From contig JAYWIR010000001.1 in NCBI GenBank assembly GCA_036172245.1, positions 5,766,001 through 5,830,000 on the forward strand: a stretch of 64,000 nt of DNA. Direction: 5' to 3'. Positions within the stretch are counted from its first letter, which is position 1, and the number at the start of each line of letters is the position of its first letter. Both the position numbers and the translations under genes were made by a program. Below the pieces are notes generated by a model. That model had not been told where the DNA came from. It searched no databases and worked only from the letters and a program-made list of their open reading frames with translations. Of this stretch, positions 35,085-47,281 are shown piece after piece. This stretch comes from Raillietiella orientalis (Eukaryota).

Positions 35085-37800
35085 GGCCGCTGCCATCACG
35101 CTCGATCCATGCTACCTACCCGGGAGCACACAGGCAGGGTCCCAGAATGCGCCTCGAACGAAAAGAGGGAGGAACACAAGCTCGGAGGAAGGTTGCTGAG
35201 TGACCCCACCTGGAAGGAGAAGTAGCCGAGGCGGAGCCCGGCGGCACCGTCATCGCCGGTTCCAGAAGGAAGGAGTGGCCGAAACCGGTGACCCCTGTCC
35301 TGACCCCACCCCTTTTCTTAATTCGGTTCCTGTCTTTTCCCTCCCGTCCGCTTCCCCGGCGACCCAGTCGCGCTATCCCGCAGGAAGGTGCGGCGCCAGG
35401 AAGGGAACTGCTGCGCAAGAACCCGGAACTTCGAACAGCCGGTCGAGCCAGCTGGTGGAAGAGACCGTTGGGAGCGTTTCACGTTGCGATGGACCGTGTC
35501 CCTGACCTACTGGCCGCGCTCGAGACGCGCGCGAGGATCGCACGAAGGAGGAGTCCTCAGGGTGGGCGTGGTCCAGCGACGTCTTCCTCTTCCGCGTGTC
35601 CGTCCGCTGTCGGCGGTGTCGGAGTCGCCTCGTGTCTTCGGGAACGGGTTCTTGGCGAGGCTCTGGAACTCGTCCGGGACGCGGCGCAGCACGGGCGCCG
35701 GTCATCGAGCGGAGCGACACTCCGTTGCCTCCTGCCCACTCGTTCGCGAAACTCGAGTGCGGAATGCTCTCGTCAGCGTGGTGCCGCCACCATCCGTTGG
35801 GTGTAGGGGAAAGAAGACACCTCCTCTTGTCCTACGCCCCTGGAGAGGTCATCTCCTACCCTCCGTCTGCTGAGCCGCGTGTTGGGAATCGACCTTCTGG
35901 CTGCGTGCGTCTCCCTTTACCACGAGGTCGCTTGCCAGACGGGTCACTCGTCTTCAAGAAGTCTTCGTGTGGCTCGAGTGACATCGGAAAGGGCGGTCGG
36001 AAATGCACGGATGACGCGTCATGCATTTTCATTGGACGTTCATTGGCTGGACGTCATCTCCCCCGGAGCAAGCGGACACGTCGTCCGCTGGTTTTGTGAG
36101 CCTGCTGGTGGCAGTGCTCGGATGTATACCGGGGAGAATTAGCCTGCAGACTGCTGGAGGGCGTTCCCGAGCACCTCGAAGATAAGGGGAACGGCCAGTG
36201 TGCGCGGTCTTCTGCCGTTGAAAATCTGTTGCCGAGACCGCTGAAGAAGTCGTCCACGATCGGATTCAACGCTGCCGCGTCTATGCTCACCGCTATTGTG
36301 TGTCACGATGGGGTTTCGCTGGACCCAGGTGCTGGCAGCGTCTCATGGGTTCACATCGGGCCGCATACAAGAACTGCTGACGGGGAAGCGAAAAAGAGTA
36401 TCTGGTCATTTGGTCCTTAGGAGGAAGAGACTGCTGATCGCTGAAGATCGGAAGCCCAAGCATCGTTTGGGTTTCCGGTCTTCGGTTTTCAGTGAGCGTT
36501 GAGAAAAAGTTGACCCGCAACACTTTGTGTCCCTAAGTCCTCCACTTGGAACCGAGGACATCTGCTGCTCTTTCGACATCTTGTTCGTCGGGCGGCGAGA
36601 ATTTTCCCACGATGGAGCGCTCGTGCTGACGCCGGCAACCCCTCCTCATCATGCCCTCGCGGCTGCCCCACTCGGCCCGCAGGGGGTGGCAGCACTGCTC
36701 GGCTTTCCTTTCTTGCCCTCCAGCCGCCGGCGGTGGACGCCCCAGCTTCCTCATCTCCCCACCGAATAGAGGGAGGGGGAAAGAAGGGAGGGGTCGCGGG
36801 GACGGCCAAACCCCTTCCGACTGTCCTTTTATCAACATCAAATTCATCTTTACTTAAATCAGTACATTACCCCGTTGCCTAGATACACCTTCCGGTACAT
36901 CCACTATGTTACGACTTATACTAGTAATACGTGTTTTGCTTTATGAGAGTGAAATTGATATTAATGCTGGGTGTTGATGGGTTAAATAAAATGATTGCTA
37001 GGCTTAAGGAAATATAGTTGAATTCTTGTTTTTGTTGGTGAACCCCCCGCTGTCTTCGAGCCGAGCAGAGGGCAGGAAGCACGCATCCTCGCCCCGGCGC
37101 GGCTGCCCCCCGAGCTCTCCAGTGGGACACCAGCGAAGGGGCGCGCACTCCTCGCCATAGGAGGGCACCCCACCAGCCCTGGGGAAGAGGGAAGTGGAAG
37201 GGAGGAGGAGGAGGAGGACCGCAGCCTTTCACCCTCTGCTCAGGTAGGGCGGCTCCTGGTCCCTTGTAAGAGGAGCGGGTAGCCAGTCCCGGAAGTCTTC
37301 GGCGCTCTGGAGACACTGCGAAGTCCTCGAAAAGGGCAAGCAAACGTCTGGTAGGGGCCACTTGCTCCGAAGGTACAGGTCGGGTGGAATCTCCCGAGCT
37401 CACGGCCGCAGGGCTTGGCCGGTAGGGGGTCGCCAGCTCCCGATACTTTCGGGTAGCCCTCTTGATCCGTGTTGGTCGGCCTCAGAGCCCGGAGGCGATG
37501 CGGTGGGAGTTGTAAGGATCGAAGATGCCCCGGAAAGAATCTTTCCACGCCGTAGACTCCCCCACGCATACGGCTCGCGCGGGCGCCGTTGTCGGTGAGC
37601 GTTGCGCCCTCACGCAGGAGGTGCGGCGAGCGGTGCCACGTGGATTCATCCACGTGTCCACTGCTCCAGCCTCGAGCAAACATCTCGGCTGGATCGGAAG
37701 ACCTCCTCCTTCGATGGCGCTAAGTGCTCCTCTGAGAAAGTCCCCCATCCGAAAAGTCGCCATGCGTCTCGTCTCTGCTGCTTGCCAGGCGACTGGGAAA
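35085..37800 (-). mobile_element. Composite decayed LINE (ORF1-like 37800-36550, RT 36520-36050, post-RT region)
   Basis: SLPRQQFLYAARCEP (RT domain 4-like) and AALNPIVDDFFSGLGNRFS (domain 5-6-like). 35180-36030 is an inverted near-identical copy of 8480-9322. Confidence 0.55.
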
Positions 37801-38199
37801 GGCACCGGAGAAGGCGTGCTGCTCGCCGTTTTTGGAACCTGATGGAAGTTCCGGAGTACGCCCGCAGTTCCTCCCCCTCCCTTCCCCCCGGCGACTCTGG
37901 AAGTGAGGGCACCCCTTCGCTCGAAGCCCCAACTTCGGCGAGGAAGTTCTTCCCGCTCCGGCGACGACCGACAACCGCGGAGGTACGGATGCAGACGGAG
38001 GGAAGAAAGGGAGAGGGAGGGATGCAGGAGAGGAAAAGGCGGAGGAGGAGCGTCCCTGCAAACGTGCGCTCGTAAAGGGGAGCATCGTGCGACCTCAGGG
38101 TCGCCGAGGCACGGCGCTGCTGCCCCGTCAACAAGGAGGAAGTTCGGGGGCCTACCGTTCCGCCTAAGGCGAAATGGAGGGCGTCAGGATATCAGGCGG

Positions 38200-38760
38200 C
38201 AAGGCCCGGGAGCATCACGCATCCCTCGGACGAGGTCGTCTTGCTCCGGGAGCGGTTCCGGGGGAAGAGGTTGCGTCTGCACATTCGAAGCGCCGCTCTG
38301 TTGCTCTCTGGCACCCCTGGAGAATCTCCGGTCCGGGAAGGAGCCGCAGAGGGTCTTTCAATTGACCCTACGATCCGACCCCTTCGCCCAAGCAGCGCGG
38401 AACCCACTTCCGCGTTTGGAGCGCTTTTGACCTCGCCCTGCAGCTGCCCTACCTGCACAGAGGGTGAAAGGCTGCGATCCTCCTCCTCCTCCTCCCTTCC
38501 ACTTCCCTCTTCCCCAGGGCTGGTGGGGTGCCCTCGTAAGGCGAGGAATGCGCGCCCCTTCGCTGGCGCCTCTCTCTTCTTTCCTCCTCCCTCTATTCGA
38601 TGGGAAGATGAGGAAGCTGAGGTATCCACCGCCGGCGGTTGGAGGGCAAGAAAGAAAAGCCGGGCAGTGCTGCCACCCCCTGCGGGCCGAGAGGGGCAGC
38701 CGCAAGGGCATGGTGAGGAGGAGTTTCCCATGCAACGCCGCGCAACGACCACGCGGAGCC
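38200..38760 (+). mobile_element. ORF1-like relic, inverted paralog of 36640-37245
   Basis: 38450-38570 matches the reverse complement of 37120-37245, and 38575-38720 matches the reverse complement of 36640-36785. Confidence 0.55.
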
Positions 38761-41719
38761 ATCAGCAGGAGGAGAGCGACACGCGCGCCCCTACTGGGCA
38801 GAGAGGAGGGACGGCGGGCATGGAGCTGGGCCGCTCGCTTGCCCTTCGGGGCGCAACAAGCTCCTCTGGTGGGTCCCTCGAGAGCGGGCTGGAAGCGCGG
38901 GTGAGTCGTTCGGACTCTGCTCCTTTACCCTCGTAGTCCCTAAACAGGAATCCGAAAGGAGGCGCCCTCAGAGCCGCCTCCCAGAGCGGCGAGGAAACCA
39001 CAGGACTTCCTCTCCGTGGCCGCCCGACTTCCGTCTCGGACAGCCCGGAGGGTGACCGCGGAGGTGGAGAAGGACGGTGGACCCGGACCCCTCATGGCAG
39101 TAGCGACGGCCTCCCCCGTACGCAGGAGGCGAGGAGACCGCGCGCGAGGAACTCCCCAACTGCCTCGCCTTCCCCTCCGCCGCGAGGCGCTCCGAGAGCC
39201 GCGCGCGCGTGTGCGGAGCGCCAATGTGAGTCATCCCTGTCGCGGAGATGAATCATCGTTTTCCTGGCTCGGATGATGCGGGATACCTGACGCCGGAGAC
39301 GGCTCCTCCTCCCCCTCCTCCCGCCTTTGCGCCGATCTGCCGCCCACAGGGCGCCTTCCTCGACGGATCCTCCCCCTTCTTCCTGCAGGGGGCGTGGAAG
39401 GAAGGGGAAGGGAAACGGTAGAGCTGGGAACACGTGGAGAGCGGTCCGGGAGGCAGCAGTAGCCAGTTCGAGCGGAAGGGGAAGCGGCGTGGTTGAACGA
39501 GCAGCGGTGGCTGCATGGGGTGGCAATAAAAAGAGAGAAAGGAAGAAATAGGAAGGCGGCTGATCCACAGTCGTGGGAGACCGGCGCGCTCGTCTCCGGG
39601 TCCAGACGAAACGCCCTCCGGCGCGAGCTAAAGCTGTCCGTCGAAAAGGACCCCTCTCCCTCCTCCTCTCTCCCTCTCTCTCTTCTCCTCCCCCTCCCCT
39701 CTCCCTCCCTCCCCCTCCTCCTGCCCATCAGCAGCAGCAGCAGCAGCCATTGTTCTCCTCTCCCTCGTCGCCTATCGGCGAGGGATCGAAAGCGGGAGCG
39801 AACCACCTGGTGGGCCCGAAAGCAATGGGGAAAAGGGAGAGGGAGCGAAGGTACACCCACGCGCACACACGCAGCGAACGGCAGCAGGAGCATAGAGCGC
39901 GCGACGAGTCCTTCCCGAAGGACGGCGACGCGGCGTCGCCAGTCTGGCGCGCGCACCTCGCACGCGCGCAGTACTCTCCGCCGTGTGGGGGCGGGCGGAG
40001 GCGCTCGCTCGTGCAGCTCGCCGCCGCCGCCACTGCGGCGCTGTTATCCCCTCCCCCTGAGGGAGGCCTCGTGCGGGGTCGATCCGACCGCACCTGGGGC
40101 CAGCGGCGGCGAAGCGCCTCCTCCCCTTCCCACCTTCCTGGCAGGCAGGCAGGCAGGTGCCATTCCCTGCCTCGCCCCACTCCTCCCCCACCCCAAGTCG
40201 CATGCGAACTGATGTGCGACTGCTGCTGCTCCGGCTGCTGGAGGATCGCCGCAGGGAACCCCGCGAAGGGGTGAGGGGCCAGGAGAGTGGAGGGGCGGGT
40301 GATGACGCACCGAACTGGCTCCTCTCGCTCCCCTCGATCTTTTCTGAGGTGCTGCTCCGGCAGGGTGCCGCCGGAGGTTCCCTTCCGTGGGGGCAACTCA
40401 TAAACTCCGCCCAACCTCTTCTCTGCTCGGACTGCCTCCGCCCAGGGCAAGCGGGTCGTGTCTCGACGCCATGTCGCCCTCCCCCTGCAGGGATCAGAAG
40501 CACAGAGTTGCCAGGGGATTTCCCCTTCCCTCCTTCGCTCACCCGCTGAGTGCCGGGAGCCCTGCGGCTCCCAGATCAGAGAACAACCTTTCCCGCTTTC
40601 CTGCCCCCGGGCGACGACCGTAACCACGGGGACTACCGCGAGCGGAAATCTGCTCCCTCGGGCAGAGAGGACCGCGATGGCTCTGCCGGTGAACCGGCCC
40701 TCCACTTACGGGCCCCTCGAACGAACCTCCGGCGCGTGGCGCCACCGGCCGATGGCGTGCGGAATCTGCCTCCTTTCCGGAGATGCGAACCCTGAAGGGG
40801 TGGGAGGGGACACTAGGAGGGCACCCCAACGAGAAAGACGGAGAGATGGTGCAAGGAGGAAGGGCACGTCACTCTGCGGACCTTCCGACACGGAGCCCGG
40901 AGAGGATCGGTGGAGGACGCGGGAGGCAGCGACCCCTGCGCGACTCTCCAGGCGCAGCAGCCGGCCCGGGAAGCGCCAATCGTCTTTGTGACTCACTCAA
41001 CCTCCCGCTCTTTCTTCAGAGGTTAATGATTTGGAATCGGATCCTCCCGGAGCGGGTCCGCAGCTTCTCTCCGTTGAGAAGGACGGAAACCCGAAACGGC
41101 CGGCTCGGATCGCTTCCCGGAGCACAGCAGAGGAGCTCGAGGAGGGCGCAGGGGAGAGGAGGAGGGACAGCGGTGGCAGCGTCGGGGAGAGGAAGGTAGG
41201 GGCGGAGGAGTGGCCATGGTGGTAGTGGTGAGGAGGAAGAGGAGGAAGAAGTTGTCTCCCAGGGAAGAAAGCATCGGGGCTGCCCCCTGGCCAGTGGGGC
41301 GAGGCATCAGCGCTCTGGAGCAGCCCGAGGCGCGGATGCAGCACGTAGCGACCACCGTATGGCGGCAGGGGAGTTCGCCCCTTATGCTGCCACCCTCGAA
41401 ACGACGTCCCGCGGGAGCAGATCTTCCCTTCGTTCAGGTGTCCTCCCACCCCTTTTTCTAGCAACGCCCAGCTCCGCCCGCTCAGCGTCCCCCGCCTCGG
41501 CTCGCAGACTTCCAGGCAGCTCTCCAGCTTGCGTGATCGCGTGGGAGGCGCGGCACGTCTGCGTCGTCGCGTGGGTGCCCTTGCCGGGTCTGCCATTTTG
41601 AGGGGGGGGGGCCTCTAGACCATGCCAACGCGGCCAGCCGACCCGCGCGGAGGAAGGGAGACGGGGTCTCCAACCGCTCTGCGTTTTTTTGCGACGAGGG
41701 TCCGAGAGCCGGTAGCGCT

Positions 41720-42400
41720 CGATTTTCACCCGGATTTCGCCGGGGCGTTTATTGTTTAATAAACATTTACAAAGACGTGCAGTGGCTGGACCATTGCTCC
41801 AGCCACGCACGAAGAAACACAGAGCCTGCCGGGTCACCGGTTCGCAGACCGGTACGGTCCACCACGGCAGCAGGGGGAAGGGGGAAAAACAAAAAACAAA
41901 ACAAAAAGAAAAGAAAAAACTGGGAGGGTACGGGAAGGGATCACAGTTGCTGGTGGGGCCGTTGCATCCTTTGCAGGATGCCGGCAAGCTCTTGCTGCAT
42001 GTTTGGATCCAGGTGGGGCCATCGCGACGCCCTCCTCAGGAACTGGGAGGCTGGCTGGATGGCACCCTGGTCGTGTGGTCCTCCCGTAGCCTTGCTCCAG
42101 GCGGCGACGATCCCGTGTAGGCAGCACAGGGCTGCTAACGAGGCCGCTGGCCGAAGGGTGTCGGCAACGAAGAGGGCTTTCAAAACGTCCCTGGGGTTGC
42201 CGCAGGGGATTCCGATGGCCGCGGCAAAGCGGAACCAAAGGGGCCGAAGGGCAACACAATCCACAAGCAGGTGGGGGAGGGACTCCCGTTCCCCACACCT
42301 GACGCAATTGGGGTCCACCGCTCCCCAGGTCCAGTGGTGTCGGCGGGCGTTGCAGGGGAGTCCCCAGTGCTGCAACAGGAGAGCCGACTCCTGCCATTTT
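41720..42400 (-). mobile_element. Best-preserved 5'-truncated Tx1-like LINE 3' end
   Basis: Uninterrupted LPLKWQESALLLQHWGLPCNARRHHWTWGAVDPNCVRCGERESLPHLLVDCVALRPLW...QELAGILQRMQRPHQQL* (zf-RVT with CxxC...HLLxxC), then the 3' UTR with AATAAA and three hairpins. Confidence 0.8.
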
Positions 42401-43199
42401 AAGGGGAGCGCTCGACGCCCGCGTCGGCGCCCGCCAGTAGCGCTCGACGACCCGCGGTGGGGTCGCTGCCGCGGCTGCCGCGGATCCGCCTGCGCTCCCA
42501 CGGGAACCGGAACGAGGCCGCAGAGTTGCTCAGGCAACGCGCCCGCGCACGGAGTCTTCCGGACCCGGTCGCGGTGCAGATCTTCTCCTCGAATGCGCCG
42601 ACGCCGGAGTGGGCGGGGCCATCTCCAGGGTCAGGGCGGGCGCCGCTGACTCGGTCGTGCCACGCCCACCGAAGCCAACGGACCCACTCCGCGAGAAGAG
42701 GGGATACCCAGCCTTCCAGGATAGGCGTGGCCCCGTTCCCCCCACCGCCAGCTTCCGCTGCTCGGGAGCGGCGCAAGGGGATCCCGAGTGCAGCGCGCTC
42801 CCGTAGATGATGTCGGCAGGGAGGCCGCAGGCGAGGGAAGGCCGGTCCGTCGCCTCGACGGAAGCCCGGTGGACGCATCCCGCATGAGGCCGCCCATCCG
42901 GTTCGCCGGGGGAACCTGGGAGGAAGTCAGGACACCGCGCCTCCGGACAGGAAGGGGAAAACGCAGGAAGCGAGCCGCCGCTCCCTCCCTTCCTTTCTCC
43001 CCTTCCGCTCCTTTTTGTCCTCCTCCTCCCTTGTTCCTCCTTCTAATCCCCCTCCTCTTCCCTTCATCTTCCTCCTCCTCCTCAGGTACATCCACGAGGA
43101 CGGTGGTGCGGCTCCCGCGGACGGTGATGACCGTGGGATGCAGGGGTGAGGCGGGCGGGCGCAACATCGGGAGACGGGTAGGGCCGCTTAGGCGTGTGT

Positions 43200-43600
43200 C
43201 GAGGTGACACGAACTTCTCCGGGAATCCTACGCGAGACTGGCGCTTCCGGGAGCTCGGCGGCGTTTGGAATTCGACCTCCGGGGAGGGCGAGGCTGAACC
43301 CCCGAGGTCATGGCGCGTTCAAGAGGGCTGCACCTCCCTCTTCCTCCTTTCCGCCCTCTCCCTGGAGGGGTCCCGCACGAAGGGCAGCAGAGGGGCGGGG
43401 GCAGGTCGATGAGGCTTCGTGCAAGAGGGGGCTCTCGCCCTCGCAGGCACCAAACGGTATCCTGGGCAGACAAGGTGGAAGAAGTCGCAGCCGAGTGACG
43501 GGAAGAGGGGGGGGGGGTCATTCGGGAGGTCCGCCGACCGGACCATCGCTAGACGACGGTGATGGAAAGCTGGCACAACCAAAGGGCAACTGAAAACACC
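43200..43600 (+). mobile_element. Possible LINE ORF1 C-terminus / ORF2 start remnant
   Basis: ORF ends VSWADKVEEVAAE*. SWAD-type motifs are common near L1/Tx1 ORF1 ends, and a similar GWIEMVEE occurs at ~55750. Confidence 0.3.
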
Positions 43601-43976
43601 CTCTTTTTTTTTTTTTTTTTTTTTCCATTCTCTCGCGCGTCTTTTGCCGGGCCGGGGCTGTGTGGCTGAGCCACAGACCACGCGCGGTGGTCTCTGACGC
43701 AGGGTTCTTCGCGAGGAAAAACGGGGAAGGGGGGATGGGAGGCGCCTTCCTCTCCCGTTCTCCTTCGTTTTTCTTTTGCATGCGTTCGCCGGTCGCCGCC
43801 GCGCAAGAGCGGTTTCCCTGCTGCGCCGGGTTTTTCTGCTACCGCTCTGGCGGCGAACGCACGCCTACCAACCAGCCGACCCTCCCCCTCCCCTCCCCCT
43901 CCCAGCAGTCACGATGGCGATTTCAACACAAACAACTGTCTGCTGCGCCGCTGCTTTCCTCCCCGCTCGGCGATTG

Positions 43977-43984
43977 TGACGTCA
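43977..43984. promoter_or_regulatory. CRE/ATF palindrome TGACGTCA in the putative DUSP10 promoter
   Basis: Perfect TGACGTCA, a TATA-like GTAAATAG ~20 bp downstream, and a donor-like GG|GTGAGT at 44485. Confidence 0.4.
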
Positions 43985-44899
43985 CCGCACGGATGGTTGC
44001 AGGCGTAAATAGGAAAACTACCCCGCCATGCCGTTACGTTTCGTTCAATGGAGTGGCATCAGGCAGTACCCGTCACGGCGGACTCGCACCCTGCAGTCTG
44101 CATAGGTAAAGCGCCCGCCTCGCCAGTCATTCCCGTGCGGAACGTGGAAGCGGCGCGTCCTCTTCGCCGTCCTCTCGTGGTCCTGCGCCGTGGGGATGTG
44201 AACAGTAGCGTGTGGTAGCGAGCCTGCACCGACCCTCCTCGTCTTCTTCTTCCTGGCCAGCGTCCGAAAGGAAGGAAGCAGCAGTACGTGCAGAGAGAAA
44301 GAGAAGGGGAGAGAGAGATGAGGAACGCTCTGAAACCGAGGGTGTCGCTGCCGCCGTGCCTCCGGAAGAATCGCTGGGGACCACCCCTCCTCACCCTCCT
44401 CCTCTTCCGCTTCCCTGCGCCGCCGGCTCCGCGCACCTTGGGCAGGCGCGCGCGCGCCCTCTCTCCGCGAACCGTGCGTGCCGGGTGAGTGACTCCCCCT
44501 CAAGCGGCAGGGCGCGTGCCCCCGGCGGTTCTGCTCCCCGGACGCCTGCCTGCTCCTTCGCCGACCCGGCGCGGACGAAGGCGCATCACCACGGCGGCGG
44601 CGGCGGCGACCCGGTCGCTCTTTCGCGGGTCAGCATCCATCGCCGCTGGTTGCTGGGGACGGACGCGTGTACGCGCCGTGCTGCGCCTCCGGAGAGTGTG
44701 TGTGTCTGTGGATCGGCTCGCTGCGGTGCAGCTGCTGACTCCTTGGGTCGAGAGCACGGGAGGAGGGGGGGGGGGAGGGGGTTCAGAGACGTGGATCTTC
44801 GTTTTTGTTTGCTTGTTTCGTGCACAGTGGGGGAGAGGGGGGAAGGAAGTGGATGGCGATAAACGCGCCAGACCTCGGGGAAAAGGGACTCCCTCCCTG

Positions 44900-44904
<5 letters not shown>

Positions 44905-44942
<38 letters not shown>
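44905..44942. repeat. (TCG)n microsatellite, ~12 units
   Basis: Read directly. Confidence 0.9.
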
Positions 44943-46497
44943 CCCCTCCCCCCCCCCACGTGGTGCGCGCCAGCAGGACGGATGCGCGCGCGCGCCCATT
45001 GTTGAGCGCCCTAGCGATTGTTCAGCGCGCCATTACCTGCCGTTCCATTTCCTTTGGAAAACCGGAACTGCTCTTCCGCAGGAAAAGCGGCGGGGCGGTT
45101 GTTCGTGAGCGGAAGTCCCCCGGGCGGTGCTATGCGTCCCCATTTTGGAGCAGTGGTGCGCTTTCTTGCCGATGTGCTTCAAAGCGAAGTTTCCTTTGCA
45201 GCGGACGGCGGCAGCAGCGCCGCGTGGGCCGCTCGAAGAGCGCGCGGTTCCCTTCTTCGGAATGCATGCGGGAAAATTGCCCAGGAGGCGGAGGCTGCAG
45301 GAACGATCCGCGCGGCGGAACGTGGCCGCCGGGTCTGCGAGGAGCCGTTCGAGGAGAAGTCCTGGTCCCCCGCGGCTTGGTTCGGCCCCCTCCGCGAGAT
45401 CTCGCCCGCAGGCGTCGCGTCTCCTCCCGACGGCCGGGCGCTTTTCGTGTTCGAAGCTTCTCGAGTGTTTCTCCTTCGGGAGGAGCAATCGGACGGGACG
45501 CACCGTCCCTCGGACGGATCCCCGCCGGGACGCGGGCGCGCGGCACTGCGCATGTTTTTCGTGCGCGCCGGCCCGCTCCTGAAACCAACTTGAGCTATCG
45601 ATCTTGAGCCGCGCGCGGTCCGGAGAGAACTTTCGCCGTGCTTTCTGCTGCTTCCTCCCCGCTTCCGAGGGAAGGCTCCATCGGAAGGAGGAGGCGCATT
45701 CACCTCACGATCTCCGTCTCCGCACGTGTGCCGTAAAAAAAAAAAAAAGAAGAAGAAAAAGAAAAAAAGAGGGGCACGAGAGAGATGAATGAATGGGAAG
45801 AATCCCGAAAAGCGCGCGGCGACTGCAAAGTGGTTCAAAGCCCAAAATGTGGCATGGAGATCCTTCTCCCTTGCAGCCAGCTGCGGCAGCACCGGCGCGC
45901 GCGCGCGCGCGGCTGCGTCCGCCTTTGCGCGTGCGCTGAGAAGCTGAGGTGCACGACACTGTGTGCGCGTGTGCACGTGCGGCCGAGCGAGCGAGCGAGC
46001 AGCACCGACCACATACGCACCGCCAGCCGCGTGCGGCACGATGACGGAGAGAACGCCTCGAGCGGTTTCCGCTTTCTCTCGACGTGCTTTGCAGGGGTCG
46101 GGGTGCGGGGGTGGCCGGCTCCTCCCCACCCCCTCCCTCCTTCCCCGGCGGACTCGGGTCACGTCGTCAGCGATCGTCCTCCCCCCTCCGCGCGCGATTC
46201 CCCCCCCCAGCGGCGGGGCCCGGCAGCTTCCGTTTTCTTCGGTGTGTGTCACCCGCGTGCTCGCCGCCGCGCGCGCGATTCGTCACCGGGAGCAAAACGT
46301 CCACTCCGTCTTATCCGCGAAAATCCCCTCCCGCCGCCAGTTCGCATCCTCCTCCTGTGCGGGTACTTTCCTTCCCGTGCAGGTTTTGAGGATCGATTTT
46401 TCCTTCCCCCTTCCTTATCTGAGAGGATTTCCCTCATCCCGACCTCCGAGGTGTACGCGTCTTGAACAGGGAGAACCGCGCTGGGGAATAAATAAGA

Positions 46498-47281
46498 ATG
46501 CATGAGTCATCGCCGAGCGGAGACTTGGCTCGGGCTCGGCTTACGCTACGTGCGTGCATTTGTACTCCCGGCGAGCATTACGGAGTCTTGAACGGGACTT
46601 CCCCTCCAGCTGCTGCTGCTGCTGCTGCTACCACACCACCCGTCCTTTCAGGTCTGTTCCCGAAGACGTCGAGGGCACCACCAGTCGGAGCTGGATGCCT
46701 CAGCGGGGAAGTCGGCGGGATGAAAAGTGAAAGTGCCTCCTCCTCGGCGCTCAGCTGCAGGCGCAACAGCCTGACTTTGGTGCTCAACCGGAGCGTCAGT
46801 GAATCCTCGCGCGTGTCGTCCCCCCCCACGTGTTCCCTGATACGACACCAGAGTGCGTCCAATCCCAGCTCCCCCTGTGCGGACACCTCGGTGCAGAAGA
46901 GCCTGATCGCGAAGCGCACCAAGACCCTGTCCGCGGACGACCTGTTCCAGCGCCTGAAGAGCGGCGCCGCGAAGCGCAGGAGCTTCCTCATGATCGACTG
47001 CCGCTCGTTCATCTCGTACAACGTCGCGCATATCCGCGACGCCATCAACCTCACGTGCATGGACCGCTTCAACAAGAGGAGGTTGGTCCAGGGCAAGGCC
47101 AGCCTCTCCGATCTCACCTGCACCAAGGAAGCCAAAGACATACTCAAGAAGAGATGCTACAAGGAGATCATCGTGTACGACGACTGCACCACGGAAGTGG
47201 AGCGGATCACGTCCAGTCATTCCATGTTCCTAGTCCTTCAGGCGCTCATTGAGGACAACCGGGACCCCGTGCTTTTGCTAG
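46498..47281 (+). CDS. DUSP10: DUSP10 coding exon A (rhodanese/MAPK-binding domain); start uncertain
   Basis: Open frame from ATG 46498, donor G|GTGAGT at 47282. Alternative acceptor at 46651 with ATG 46720. Confidence 0.85.

Noticed and set aside
43604..43624. Long T-run as a retroposon poly(A) tail
   Set aside because: No TSD or attached element 3' end recognised, and long A/T homopolymers are common throughout the window.
44489..46465. Long ORFs of 350-370 aa (44489-45607, 45179-46252), and similar ones at 8213-9307, 9416-10486, 39728-40705 and 54696-55790
   Set aside because: Low-complexity R/G/P/A-rich translations overlapping in several frames, as expected from high GC; no domain motifs.
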